NCBI GenBank assembly: GCA_030704615.1
Contig: CM060731.1
Span: forward strand, 11,036,001-11,100,000
From: Takakia lepidozioides
Taxonomy: Eukaryota; Plantae; Bryophyta
Length of the DNA stretch: 64,000 nucleotides
Reading direction: 5' to 3'
Shown: piece by piece, positions 26,901 through 37,740 of the stretch
How positions within the stretch are numbered: the first letter of the stretch is position 1
How the letters are laid out: the number at the start of each line of letters is the position of its first letter
The notes under the pieces: model-generated
What the model was told of the DNA's origin: nothing
The model's database searches: none
What the model saw: only the letters and a program-made list of their open reading frames with translations
Program-made: the position numbers and the translations under genes

Positions 26901-27543
26901 CTTGAATTTGAAGTACCCAACTTGTCATGGAATTGTCTACAGATGGAACCATCTCTGTTCCGTATTCTACTAAGACCTCTTGCAAAAGACATAGGTTCAG
27001 ATACTTACAATCTGACACTTGAAGAACTCGCATTGCTGTAACCAAGGGCGTATCTGGCAAGTCGCGCTCACCTCGTATCATGATAATTCTATCCTCATGT
27101 TCAAACTGGTACACACGAGTCTTGAAATTGATACTATGTTCTTTCTGAGCATGCCACCTTTTCCCCAATACCACATCATATCTGGCCAACTTGGTAATCT
27201 CAAAACTCCAAGACAATATTGCGCAGAGTGATGGATCAGTTTCATCTCAGTCCACCACTAAAGTCCACACCATTGAGGATGGTTTGGTGAAACGGAAAGA
27301 CAAAGTTTGCATTCCAAGTTCAAGAGAACTTCGAAAGAAGATTCTTACAGAATGTCATGACAGTCCTTGTGCAGGATATCTAGGGGTTGAGAAAACCTAT
27401 GAGTTAGTGCGACGACACTTTTGGTGGCCTAAGCTCAAGGCAAACGTGCATGAGTATGTGACATATTGTTTCAGGTGTCAGGTCACTAAAGTATAACACC
27501 TGAAATCTCCAGGATTGTTACATCCGTTGGAAATTCCACAAGG
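23568..27543 (+). mobile_element. degenerate Ty3/gypsy LTR retrotransposon with internal inversion
   Basis: Gag (WTEFRTVF, CFGCLGPHQWKEC knuckle) and protease (LFDTRSTHN) on plus, 24006-25380. RT/RNaseH (LPPRRNVEHRIEL, VLETDAS, NVVADALSR) on minus, 25500-27208. Integrase Zn domain (CHDSP..GYLG..KT..FWW) on plus, 27219-27543. Many stops and frameshifts. Confidence 0.9.
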
Positions 27544-29486
27544 TACAAACATATTTTATGTCTAATGTATATCATCAGCATTATACACGTTAGTTGACTT
27601 TAGGTACGTCAGGTCCCCCTTACATTACATAATTTTGTAATTACAGGTTTTTGTAGACACCCTATTTGAATTAAAAAATAACTAGACTTTTTAATAGCAC
27701 CCAAATTTACTTTACAATATCATATAATGTTCAATTTGAACGGAAAAAAAAACAGTAGCAACACATGCACAACAAACAACAAATATTATGAACGTTATTC
27801 AGACAAATATGGCCTACTATTGTTCACTAACAAACTCATTCAATGTGTCTGCATCATTGCTATCTAACACATACAAGTTTTTCTTTGGCTGATAAGTTAA
27901 AGTGACAGTAATCATAATGGTGAAGGAAATCCTAGTTCATAAATCAGGAATCATAATGTTGAAGGGAATCCTAGCTCCACAATCCCCCCCCCCCCCCCCC
28001 CTGTTTTTTTCTTCTTCTCATCTATTCTTTTTAAAGAAATTTCTAACACAAAGACAAAGAAGTACCCCTATTTTTTTTATAAATGTAATTTTTATAATAC
28101 CACAACCCTTTCTTTAAAATAAATCTTTTAGAATTTTTATTTTTCAAGAATTTGTTGGACCCCATGTTGTATCACATGGTTTGGAATTCATGCCGAGTGA
28201 CTTCCCATAAGGCATCACAGTGGCCAGCCTTGGTAGGTATTTAGATATGAGATACCACATGTATTTGCTGCACAAAATGTCCATTAACTTATGGTGGCCC
28301 AGCTCCCATTCCTTACTGTCCAACAGATGACTCTTCCAGCCCTTGCCTCAGTCCTTTGACTTTCTGTTTCTAGCTTCTAACTCAATTTTAACTAATTCCG
28401 GACTTGAGATGAGTCCAAAAATAAGGATAAGTGAATAAATAAATCATATATGAAACCCAAAAAATAATTTTTATTCCACTAACAATACGTTAGTGCTATT
28501 ACAATTAGTCATATATACTTTGATCAACTTTAGAAATGTTCGCGGATGTCGGACAAATGAAAAAACTTTGACTCTAATGCCAATTTTCACGAAGAGAGAT
28601 AAAGAAATAATATATACTTCCACAACATCATGTAGAGCTTAAAGTCCAAAACTGACAAAAGGTGGAAACAAACATTAAAATCAGGAGCGCTCATTATAGT
28701 TCAGATCATCCAATAGAAATGACAAATCAAACTTTGACACAGATGAGAATAGATCATTTTTATTTTCAAATGTCATTGAATGCACAATGATATTCACTAC
28801 ATGCGACCTTGACATGTAAGTCGAACTATGCAGATACAACTAAAGAACTTGCGATTTCTACAACAAATTGTCCATATGCCCTGCCACAGCCGTAAATAAT
28901 ACTATAATTGTTAAGAACTAACATCATGGGATGACATATTCTAGACTTGAGAAGCCGTCACGAATGATGATTCCCTTCCCAAACGACTTGTATTCAGGGG
29001 CTGAGTTCGAAGACGCCTCCCTATGCCCCATCCGATTTCAGCTTGACTTTCTGCACCAGACGAGAATGATCTATACTCGGAATGGTCGAATAGATCATCA
29101 GAATTGATACTGGAACGTGTGGTTGACGAAGTTGAAGATCTTGAACCATTCACATCTTGAACCATTTCGATTTTGAACCATTCTGACGAATGTTTGCTTT
29201 CTCTTTGAGATCCAGAGTCCTCAACTCATACTCGTAAGTCACTGAAAAATATCGAAGCCCACAAACCCAATAAAAAAACGACCGGCTAATTGAGAAACTA
29301 AAATAAAGAACAATACAGATAATCGGGCTGACTTGTCCACGGATAGAAAACAGAAGGATCCAAATATCACCCATACCAAGACCATAGTGGGTGATTCCGA
29401 TCTATCGCTGCACGAGATGCTTTTGCAAAGCTCTCACTCAGATACTCAACAACACTAGATACTCCTATCATGTTTGAGATAAATGG

Positions 29487-29858
29487 CTACACTACATCAT
29501 TTATATTAGACAGCTTATTTTTTGACCCATTAAAAGTAAGAGGGAAATATCCAGTATTTACAGGGTTTCTGAGTGATTTTGATGGTTCATCATCCACAAG
29601 AGGGATTTGCCCTTCCCTCGCAAACGTTTTTCCAGGAAAACTAGTAAGAACGGTTTGAATATCCTTAATGAGATATCTCATCCCAGGCTTAATATAGCCG
29701 GCTGTCGCATTGCAATGCTCATTGGACCAAACAAAACAGAAGAGCTTCATCATATCAATGGGCACAAAACATTGTAGCATCTTAAAAACAATGTCTGTTT
29801 CAGAGCAAGACCAAATGGTGACATGAAAGTTTTCAAAAAGACGCCTCAGGAACTCCAA
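29487..29858 (-). pseudogene. FCP1/NIF HAD-like phosphatase domain fragment
   Basis: EFL....F.V.IWS...W.NEHC...LVDDEPSKSLRNP..T..FP..F.G matches the C-terminal NIF/FCP1 pattern; N-terminal DxDxT not seen. Confidence 0.6.
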
Positions 29859-29899
29859 ACGTCATTTGAAGCTCATTGATTCAATTTATTTTAGCTTAT

Positions 29900-30500
29900 A
29901 TGTATGATAGAGTCATTGGGATATTTACTCGGAAATTCTTATATGTTCTACACACTCGTCCATATTTTGTACTTGATAGTACTTTTACCTCTCCAAACCC
30001 CTATACCCTAAACCTCATTCAAATATTTGAAGTTCATTCAAATCATTTTTCCAGCTTTGGGTATAATACAATTATGGTTAAAATATAACTTGATTGAACG
30101 TTTTTATAGGTCATAAACTTTCCTGCATATTTGTGTGATTCATACTTATAATTTTTCTAAAACCTTATATCTATGTTGGAAGCTCGTTATAAAAACACAT
30201 TCTTACTTTGGGGAATACATTACTTTGGGGTACAATGTATTCAAAGTTGAGATATTTGATTGAAAGTTCTTATAGGTTCGATGCACTGTTGTTTTTTTTT
30301 TTCCCCATCTTCATACTTTTTTCTTATCCTAAACCCTACAATACCTCGAAACCTCATATCCTGAAGCGAGTCATTGAAAAAATAAATGTACATAGCTTTC
30401 AACTTTGGAGTACATTGATACTTTGGTTTGGAGAAATTATTTCGATTAAAAATGTCTAGAAGTTCCATAGGTTCCATACATTTTTTCATATTTTACTAAT
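29900..30500. repeat. degenerate AT-rich tandem repeat, about 165-195 bp period, about 4 units
   Basis: Recurrent motif TTYYTATAKGTTC at about 29937, 30100, 30267 and 30462. Confidence 0.45.
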
Positions 30501-32544
30501 GTTGATTTGGATTTCTCTTGTGAGTAAGACTTTTTATTTCCTTGTACCGTTTTGATTTTGAATATATTTTAGTTCGCCTTCGGGCCTTGTATTCATGTGT
30601 TAGTATTCATAAATTTATATCCATGGTTAATCTTTTGCAAGAGTCAATTTGGATTCGAGACCGACATTTTTTTTTTTTTCAAAACAAAGTATTTTGTCTA
30701 AGTTCGAATCTTCATTTTTACAAGCTACCTATTGGGGATAGCAGACTATTTGACAACATGTACTGGGTAACGATGTCTCATGGATACGTGCGTTAATTAG
30801 TATATATCCTTTGTATTGGCTAAATTTGTATATCGTTCGTCGACGTTTAATGAATTTGGAGTCATGCAAATTGTGTTATTAATATATATCATTTGCATTG
30901 TCTAATGTATGTCATTCGACTTTGATGTCGACGTTTAAGGAATTTGGAGTCATGCACATTCACTTGAAAACTAAATCTTGATTCATTGCTTCATAATATT
31001 GTACTTATTTGATTTTAATTTTAATGTAAAATTATATTAAGTTTTGTCCGGATTTAAGCCAAAAGTCCAGAATTAGTTAAAATTGAGTTTTCTATGTTGT
31101 CTCGTTTTCCAGATGTACCTTTGTTTGGTCTTCTTGTGTCCACTCCTTGGCTTTTTCCCATCGCCTTGCAACAACCCCAAGTATATGTATACTGATATGA
31201 CATACAAGAGATACCTCCAGCAGAGTATCGTCACATTGATAATGTTCTGCACCCATGTCGTTGCCATCCATGCTGCAGTTTGCTTTCCCTTCTTCTTCTT
31301 GAGTTGTATGACCCTGCTTGACTTTTCATTCTCCCCTTCTTCCTCGCATCACTCTTGCTATCACTCACAGTTCTAATTGTTGGTTCCTTCTTCTTCATCA
31401 TGCAGACTCTTGGAAGAACCATTGACTCAAGATGACATCTCTTTCTCTCACGCCGGTAGTAGACACACAGTAGTGGTTTGCTGCTCAACATTGTCTTTGT
31501 TTGCTTCTTTCCACTTTTCCTTGTCACTCGTCTCTTCTTCAATCCTGCTAATGCTATCATTAATCAGTGTAGTGTTCTCTGCCTTTTGTGCCAGCCTAGG
31601 AAAGAGGTGAAGACATCATGCAACCTGGGGTTGTATTATGTATAATCTAGAAAATAGCCTACTATGTATGCCAAAAATAGGAACATAAAAAAATCAACAT
31701 CACCGTTTCTTCTCTCTACATGTAGCTATGTGGGCCTACTGGATGGATGTTGTCACTATTTCCATATCAACAACGTAGAATAGTGATTGGTGCATGGAAC
31801 AGGGGCATCTGAGCTGAAAACATTGAATGTTCTTATTGCACTTCAAACTATAATCAAACCCTGTATGGGACGGTTTTGAGATATTGTCTTAATACAATGT
31901 CACGTGCTCTTCATCATGTTTATGCTTTGATGGGATGACACTATGTTCTCCAGTCTCAATCACATCCGTAATGACATGATCAGTGGCAGTGTGTAGGGGA
32001 TTGTGTTGGTTGCAATGTTGTAGTAGGGCCATCGTAGCATCTGTGTTGCTATTTAGAGACAGTAGAAATGGTATTGCACATATATGAATAACAAGTTGCA
32101 GCCCCCAGGTCACTGCAACCAATCGTCCAACCCACAATCGATCTATATCACTAGTGAAGTAACGCATTTGAAACCTCCAGTTGCATCTGTCACTTCAACA
32201 AAAACCACTGCAAGTGGTTTTCCTAATTGTTGACTCCACTTGCAAGTCGTGAATGCAACCAACAGACAACTCACCACGCCACGTGGTAGGGCCTTTAGGC
32301 CTGCACGTGTCCTACCTCTACGAGAGCACGTGGAGTTCCGACACATTTGCCACGCGGTTGAATGTCCACATTGAAGACTATGGGGAAGTCCCCCCCCCCT
32401 CTTCAAAAGTCCACTATGGTCGAATCAAACTGATTGTGACATAGCTTCCTTGGGTTGTTTGGATGCTTTATCTGAGAACAAATCTGTACAGTTTATTAGA
32501 TTTGATTAATCTAATGCAAAACTTGAGAATATTCTACATCTTTT

Positions 32545-33086
32545 TGGCGCCGCTGCCGGGGAAATACCAATTGAATGGGCTAAATTAAAATATTATAGTA
32601 GTGTGTGAAGGAAATTATTGGATTAAAGGAGAAGTGAAATACTAGTTGCTATGGATGATTATGAGACTGCATTGTTGGAAACTCGTGAGGTTAGGGCTTT
32701 AAAAAAGTTAGAGGGAGAAGAAATTCTAGAAAAGCATTTTCAAGAGTGAAAAAAATGTTCAAAGCCTAAAGATTTCAAGAGTGGAAAAACATGTTTTGCA
32801 AATTCTAGAAATGGATCCATTGTTGGGATACTTGATCATTCCAAATCAGAAAGGAAATAATGGTGCGAGATCTGACATATATATATTTTTCTATCATAAA
32901 GATAGTGTAAGGTGTGCCAATCTGAAATTCAAGAGGTGAAGTTTCAGATGTCACAGTCACAATTGAATATTGTTGATCCCAGATTTGTTGATGGTCATAA
33001 AGTGAAGAATACAATTCAATCTTCAGTTGAGTTACTGGAAATTTGTGGATTTTAGCAAAAATTTGGTAGCCGAGTCAAGAAGAATA
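32545..33086 (+). mobile_element. Athila/Tat-type gypsy PBS and start of internal region (LTR upstream)
   Basis: TGGCGCCGCTGCCGGGG at 32545-32561 after an ...ACA LTR-like end; truncated by the piggyBac terminus at 33087. Confidence 0.6.
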
Positions 33087-33090
33087 TTAA

Positions 33091-33360
33091 CCCTTAAGTG
33101 CCCAGTGCCCAATGTTGACTTTTTGAAAAAAAGTGGACCCCAGCTCAGAAAAATGAGAATATCTCAGCGAAAAAAAAGTTTTTGGGAAAATTGACCAGAC
33201 ATTATGCTCATACCTCCCCCTTGCAGACACCTGTAAATTTCCAGGCCAATCAGGCAAAAATTAGAGAAACGCCACCGTTGAGTGTGGGGCCCATTTTTTG
33301 GGCCCCTCCCAAGAAAATAAGGGAAATTGGAGGAATTTGCAATTTTCAATGATGGGATGA
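33091..33360. mobile_element. piggyBac-like terminus and subterminal region
   Basis: TTAA (33087-33090) then CCCTTAAGTGCCC; about 250 bp homologous to the ends of the 664-1317 and 39260-39902 elements (AAACGCCACCGTTG...GGCCCATTTTT). Partner TIR not located. Confidence 0.75.
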
Positions 33361-33693
33361 AATCTGCATGACCTCATCCTGCTTACAGGTGTTGTCCAGC
33401 ACATTGGCATTCTGATGAGCCATAGAATGCAAAAAATGGATTCATATTTTCTGATTTACAGCTGGTCAAAGTAAGGGGGGTCAAAATGCCATAGGCAGCA
33501 GCAGTTTTGCTGAAGCACAAAGACAGCCTGGTAGTGCCTGGCATGTGCACATAAGCTTCCACCATCTGCTCTCATTCTTTTGCCCAAGTTCCACACCAGC
33601 CTAAGGCACACAAAATGGAGTCTAGCAACATGAAGACAAAGGCCAGAATCAAGCACAGCAGCCAACTACTTCATCTCCTACCCATAGTGGGAG

Positions 33694-34207
33694 AGCATGG
33701 GTGGGATTTGAACCCACAGAGCTGCCCCAGCTGGCAGCCCATGCTGAAGCCAAATTCCACACAAGCCCAAGCTCCCAAAATATAGAGATGCAAAACAACA
33801 GCCTCACCTTTATCTCCCACCCTTAGTGGCCAAGCATGGGTGGGATTTGAACCCATGGAGCTACCCCAACTGGCAGCCCATGCTGAAGGCTTTTGGCCAA
33901 GTTCCACACAATCTGCACACTCCGAAAGTTTAGAGACAATGAGGCAGCCACACAAGCTTGAAGGCCAGCAAAATTCCAACACAATGAGGCAACATACAAA
34001 CCTGAACACAGATAATTCCATTGTGTGAGTGGGAATTGAACCCAGTGGCTTGCCCCAACTGGCAGCTCACACAAAGAAAGACCAACATGTGGCCAGCACT
34101 AGCATCAAATCAGACTTAGAAAAACCAGAGATGAACCCACCTTTACACGTCGAATTGTGTGAGTGGGAGTTGAACCCACTAACTTGCCCCAATTGGCAAC
34201 TCACACA
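33694..34207 (-). ncRNA. array of four 52-nt anticodon-less tRNA-like units (33694-33745, 33833-33884, 34022-34073, 34156-34207)
   Basis: Each unit: 7-bp acceptor stem, G, D-like hairpin YTGCC-ARYTGG-GGYAR, 4-nt linker, T-arm NTGGG-TTCAANT-CCCAC. Compensatory changes between units. Confidence 0.6.
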
Positions 34208-34961
34208 TGAACACAAGGGGGGAGTAGTTCCAATTCTGAATTGCATCTGCTTCTCTCTAGTGTAGTCCAACAGGCATTCATCTTTTTGTCTCCATTGTCC
34301 TGCCATTGACTGGGGTCGGAAAAGTGTTCATTCCAAAGCTTCTCCTCATCTCTGTTACCTATTTTTGGATATTTTCCTACTGCTACATCGGCAACAACTT
34401 GTCAAAGTCACTCTAAACCACCACAGATCCACCCAACGATCTAACTTATAGGATTCAATATGCATCTCAGGGCCGAGTCTGATGAGAGGGCAAAACAGGC
34501 TGAAATAGGTTGAAGAAGAAGGTGCCCTCACCACATTGTTCTTGACCTTGTGTCATGACCCATGGAGGATTTGACCGACCATCAACCCAAAAGGACCTCT
34601 TGTGTGTGTTGCTTGTGTCTGTAGTCAGGTAATGTTGGTATGTGAGATCGAACCACCACGATGCAGCTGAGCAGGCAGAGATTGAAACACGGCTTGCTAA
34701 GACCAAGCTGACTCTCCCAAGAACGGCGAGCTTCTCCTTGTCTCGTCTCTCTCAAAAAACGGCGAGCTCGCAAGAATGTTGGGAGCTTCTCCTCCTCGAC
34801 GAGATGACGAAAATGTCGAACTATGTCGGAGCATTTGCTCAAGAGTGGGTAGGTCTGCAAAGCCTCCATCCCGCGCTCCAACATCATCACATTCCATGAC
34901 ACAACATCTCTCGTAGGCGCAGGAGAAAAAAAAAACCCAAGTCGCAGGCCTCTGTTCAGGG

Positions 34962-35025
34962 AACCCTATAAGCAACTTTTTGAATTTTTTTAACCTTTTG
35001 CAAACCCTATAAGCAACTTTTTGAA
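34962..35025. repeat. short direct duplication AACCCTATAAGCAACTTTTTGAA x2
   Basis: Direct reading of the sequence. Confidence 0.7.
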
Positions 35026-35384
35026 AAAAAATTATTTTTTTGCACTTTGATTCATTCTAGTGGTCATAGGCTAAAATCCTACTACCATCATCATCCCCTT
35101 CTATTGTTGCATCTGCCAAAACTCTCAGCCAGGACTTAAGCGAATTTGCTCATGAAGTTCGATATACCTAATCTTAAACCGTTAGATCTTAAACAATCTA
35201 GACCGTTAGATCTTATACAATCTATCGATTCAAAATCATTTCCATGTACAACCATGATCATTGCGTATTTTAATCTCATATATCTTGCGATGCTTGTTAA
35301 GCCACGTCCATCAAAGTCCAATTTATTGAACATATATCAAATCCCCACACATATTCAAAGCTGATAGGAATTTGTGGTAAATAT

Positions 35385-35926
35385 GGATGGATGAGCTCAT
35401 CCAATGGATGGATCCATTCATGTATATGCCTTCAAAATGACACGTGTAGTAATAGAATCATATAAATGCCTTTAAAATGACACGTGTAGTGATGTAGTCA
35501 TATAAATAGGGTTATGAAACAACCTGCACTTAGGCAGTCATAAGTTTACATGTCATGTCATGCTGTGGATGAACTCATCCAATGGATGAATACATTCGTG
35601 TATGTGGCTTCAAAATGACACGTGTAGTGATGTAGTCGTATAATTAGAGCTGTGAAACCATCTTTAGTCATGGAGTCATAAAATTCCATGAAACGTCGTC
35701 CACGTGTAGTTAAACATATCACACTAGTCATATAAACCATCCCTGTCATCGTGGTCAACAATGTTTGACCAATGCTCCCTAACTTTCTAGAGTCATGTAG
35801 TTCCATTACTACAGAGTGATAAAACTATGATTGCAACGCATTTCAACGCTTTGTAGTCGTATACCTAGTGCAGTTTTTATGACTCCGCCAAAGCCGTAGT
35901 CCTAAAAACGCTCATATCTTGTAGTG
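35385..35926. mobile_element. CACTA element terminus inserted into the piggyBac transposase
   Basis: Terminus TTGTAGTG at 35919-35926 (rc CACTACAAGA); subterminal repeats AAAATGACACGTGTAGT x3 and a duplicated GGATGARCTCATCCAATGGATG block. Confidence 0.7.
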
Positions 35927-36430
35927 CAATTTTTTGATTCCCATGAGCATGTGAACAGCAAGCCAAGCCTTCAATCCACGAATGGTGATAGGGTACCACC
36001 ATCTACCTCCTTTCAGGTTTCCATTCTGGTTTTCTGTCCTAGCATACAAGTTGGTCATGTTGCAAATTTGGCGCATGACCGACAGTGGCCAAAACAAATT
36101 GAAAAGTCACTGGATTTGCTGAATCTCCAAAAGGCAAACGAGAACCCGAATCCCCACCTAACCATGTAATGTCTGGCAATTCAGTAGCAGTGGAGTTGCA
36201 CATGTCATCACCAAACAACTCAGCAGGACCCCACTGCTCCCAATTGGGCGGCAAATCATATAATCCCACCTCACGCCCTAGATTCCCCGTGTCCACACAG
36301 TAGTCCATCAAGTCAGGATTGTCGATGTCAACAAGGTCATTGTCTTCTGGATTATAGTCACAATCAGAATCTGATTCACTATCATCTACTTCCCCCTCAG
36401 GAAATTCGGCTTCATAATCCAACCCCAAGA
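35927..36430 (-). pseudogene. piggyBac (PGBD/DDE_Tnp_1_7-like) transposase N-terminal remnant
   Basis: Acidic N-terminus (DDSESDSDCDYNPED), then after a frameshift FNLFWPLSVMRQICNMTNLYA...WYPITIRGLKAWLAVHMLMGIKKL, matching the F.LF...TN.YA...W...T...K......MG pattern of piggyBac transposases. Cut by CACTA at 35926. Confidence 0.75.
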
Positions 36431-36497
36431 GCTCAAGGATAGTGCACAACATTAAATCATGAAGATTACACACAACACATGACTGTGACGATACCAC

Positions 36498-37740
36498 ATG
36501 AACACCAATGACACCAAAAAAAGAGACAGTATAATTCTCTGTACCATTCAGGATGTCCCATGTCTTGTCTACCACAGTGCCATATCCAAATTCGGGAAAG
36601 TAAAGGGAGATTGTTCAGAGTCACTGCTTTGGAAGGTACCTCTGCTGTGGAAGTCCCTTCTAGGTCTGCTGTCCCTGTTTTGCTCGAATTATACCATGCT
36701 TCTACTTATGCTGGCCATTTGGGGGTTGCTAAAACTATCAAGAGATTACAGGAGCATTGTACCACTGCAAGGCTTAGTTAAGGATGTCTCAGCTTTCATT
36801 GCAAGGTGTGTGCCCTGTCATGCTAAAACCATCCTACCTAGAACTGCAACTCCCTTGCCTTTACAGCCTATCCCGGTGACTGAACCATTTGCCAGGGTTG
36901 GCTTAGATCTAGTCAGACCCCTTAAATCCACGTCCAAGGGCCATGCATACCTTGCGGTTGCATCGGACTACCTGATGAAATGGGTTGAGCTCCGACCTCT
37001 GGTTGCTAAGGATAGTGATGAAGTGGTGCAATTCTTCTTTGATAAGGTGATTCATCGTCATGGTTGCCCTATGGAAATCCTCACGGATCAAGGTACAGAG
37101 TTCTGCAACCAACTTATGGAAATTGTCTTGTTTAATCTCAACACTAAGCATGTCGTTACTGCTCCCTACAATCCCCAATGCAATGGTTTGACAGAACGAT
37201 TTAACAAAACTATATGCCAGATGCTCGAGAAGAATGAGACACTCTTTGATGAATGAGATATTACTGTGCATATTCTGCTCTTTGCCTACATGACTTCTAT
37301 CCATACCAGTACCAAAATCTCACCTTTTGAACTTTTGTATGGTAGGAAATGTAGAACCCCTTTGCATATCTCCTGGCTGCAGGTCTCGGCTACTGAGCCT
37401 GAGAATTGTGAAGTCTTTTTGCTTTCCATGGATGCTAGAAGACGTAGTTTGAGGGAAACTGCCAAATCTAACATTGTGTTTGCCCAAGCTGCTCAAGCAA
37501 AGAATTACAACCGCCGAGTTGTGTACTCTGAGTCATTCAAGGTAGGCCAGTCTGTTTGTGTGAGACTCCAGCCTGGTAAGCATATTTCCAAGGCCAAACG
37601 AAGAATTGATGGCCCTTACCTTATCTCTGATATTCTTCCTGGCAGACAATATGTCTTGCTCCCACAACATGCCTCTACTCCTCACTTAGCTAGCTCCATT
37701 CATGTTTCACTACTTGTTCCATGCACTCTTACTTTTGATC
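36498..37740 (+). mobile_element. gypsy/Ginger-type integrase remnant (Zn-binding, rve DDE, GPY/F)
   Basis: H...GHLG..KT, CxxC, PFARVGLDLV, ILTDQGTEF, YNPQCNGLTERFN, SPFELLYGR, GPY; frameshift and stop present. Confidence 0.85.

Noticed and set aside
33408-33430. CTGATGA as a hammerhead core
   Set aside because: Sits in a simple hairpin (GCATTCT/AGAATGC) with no correctly placed GAAA or stems.
33694-34207. CRISPR array or true tRNA genes
   Set aside because: Eukaryotic context with no cas genes, repeats not identical, and spacers long and partly homologous to each other. The units lack an anticodon arm, so they cannot be decoding tRNAs.
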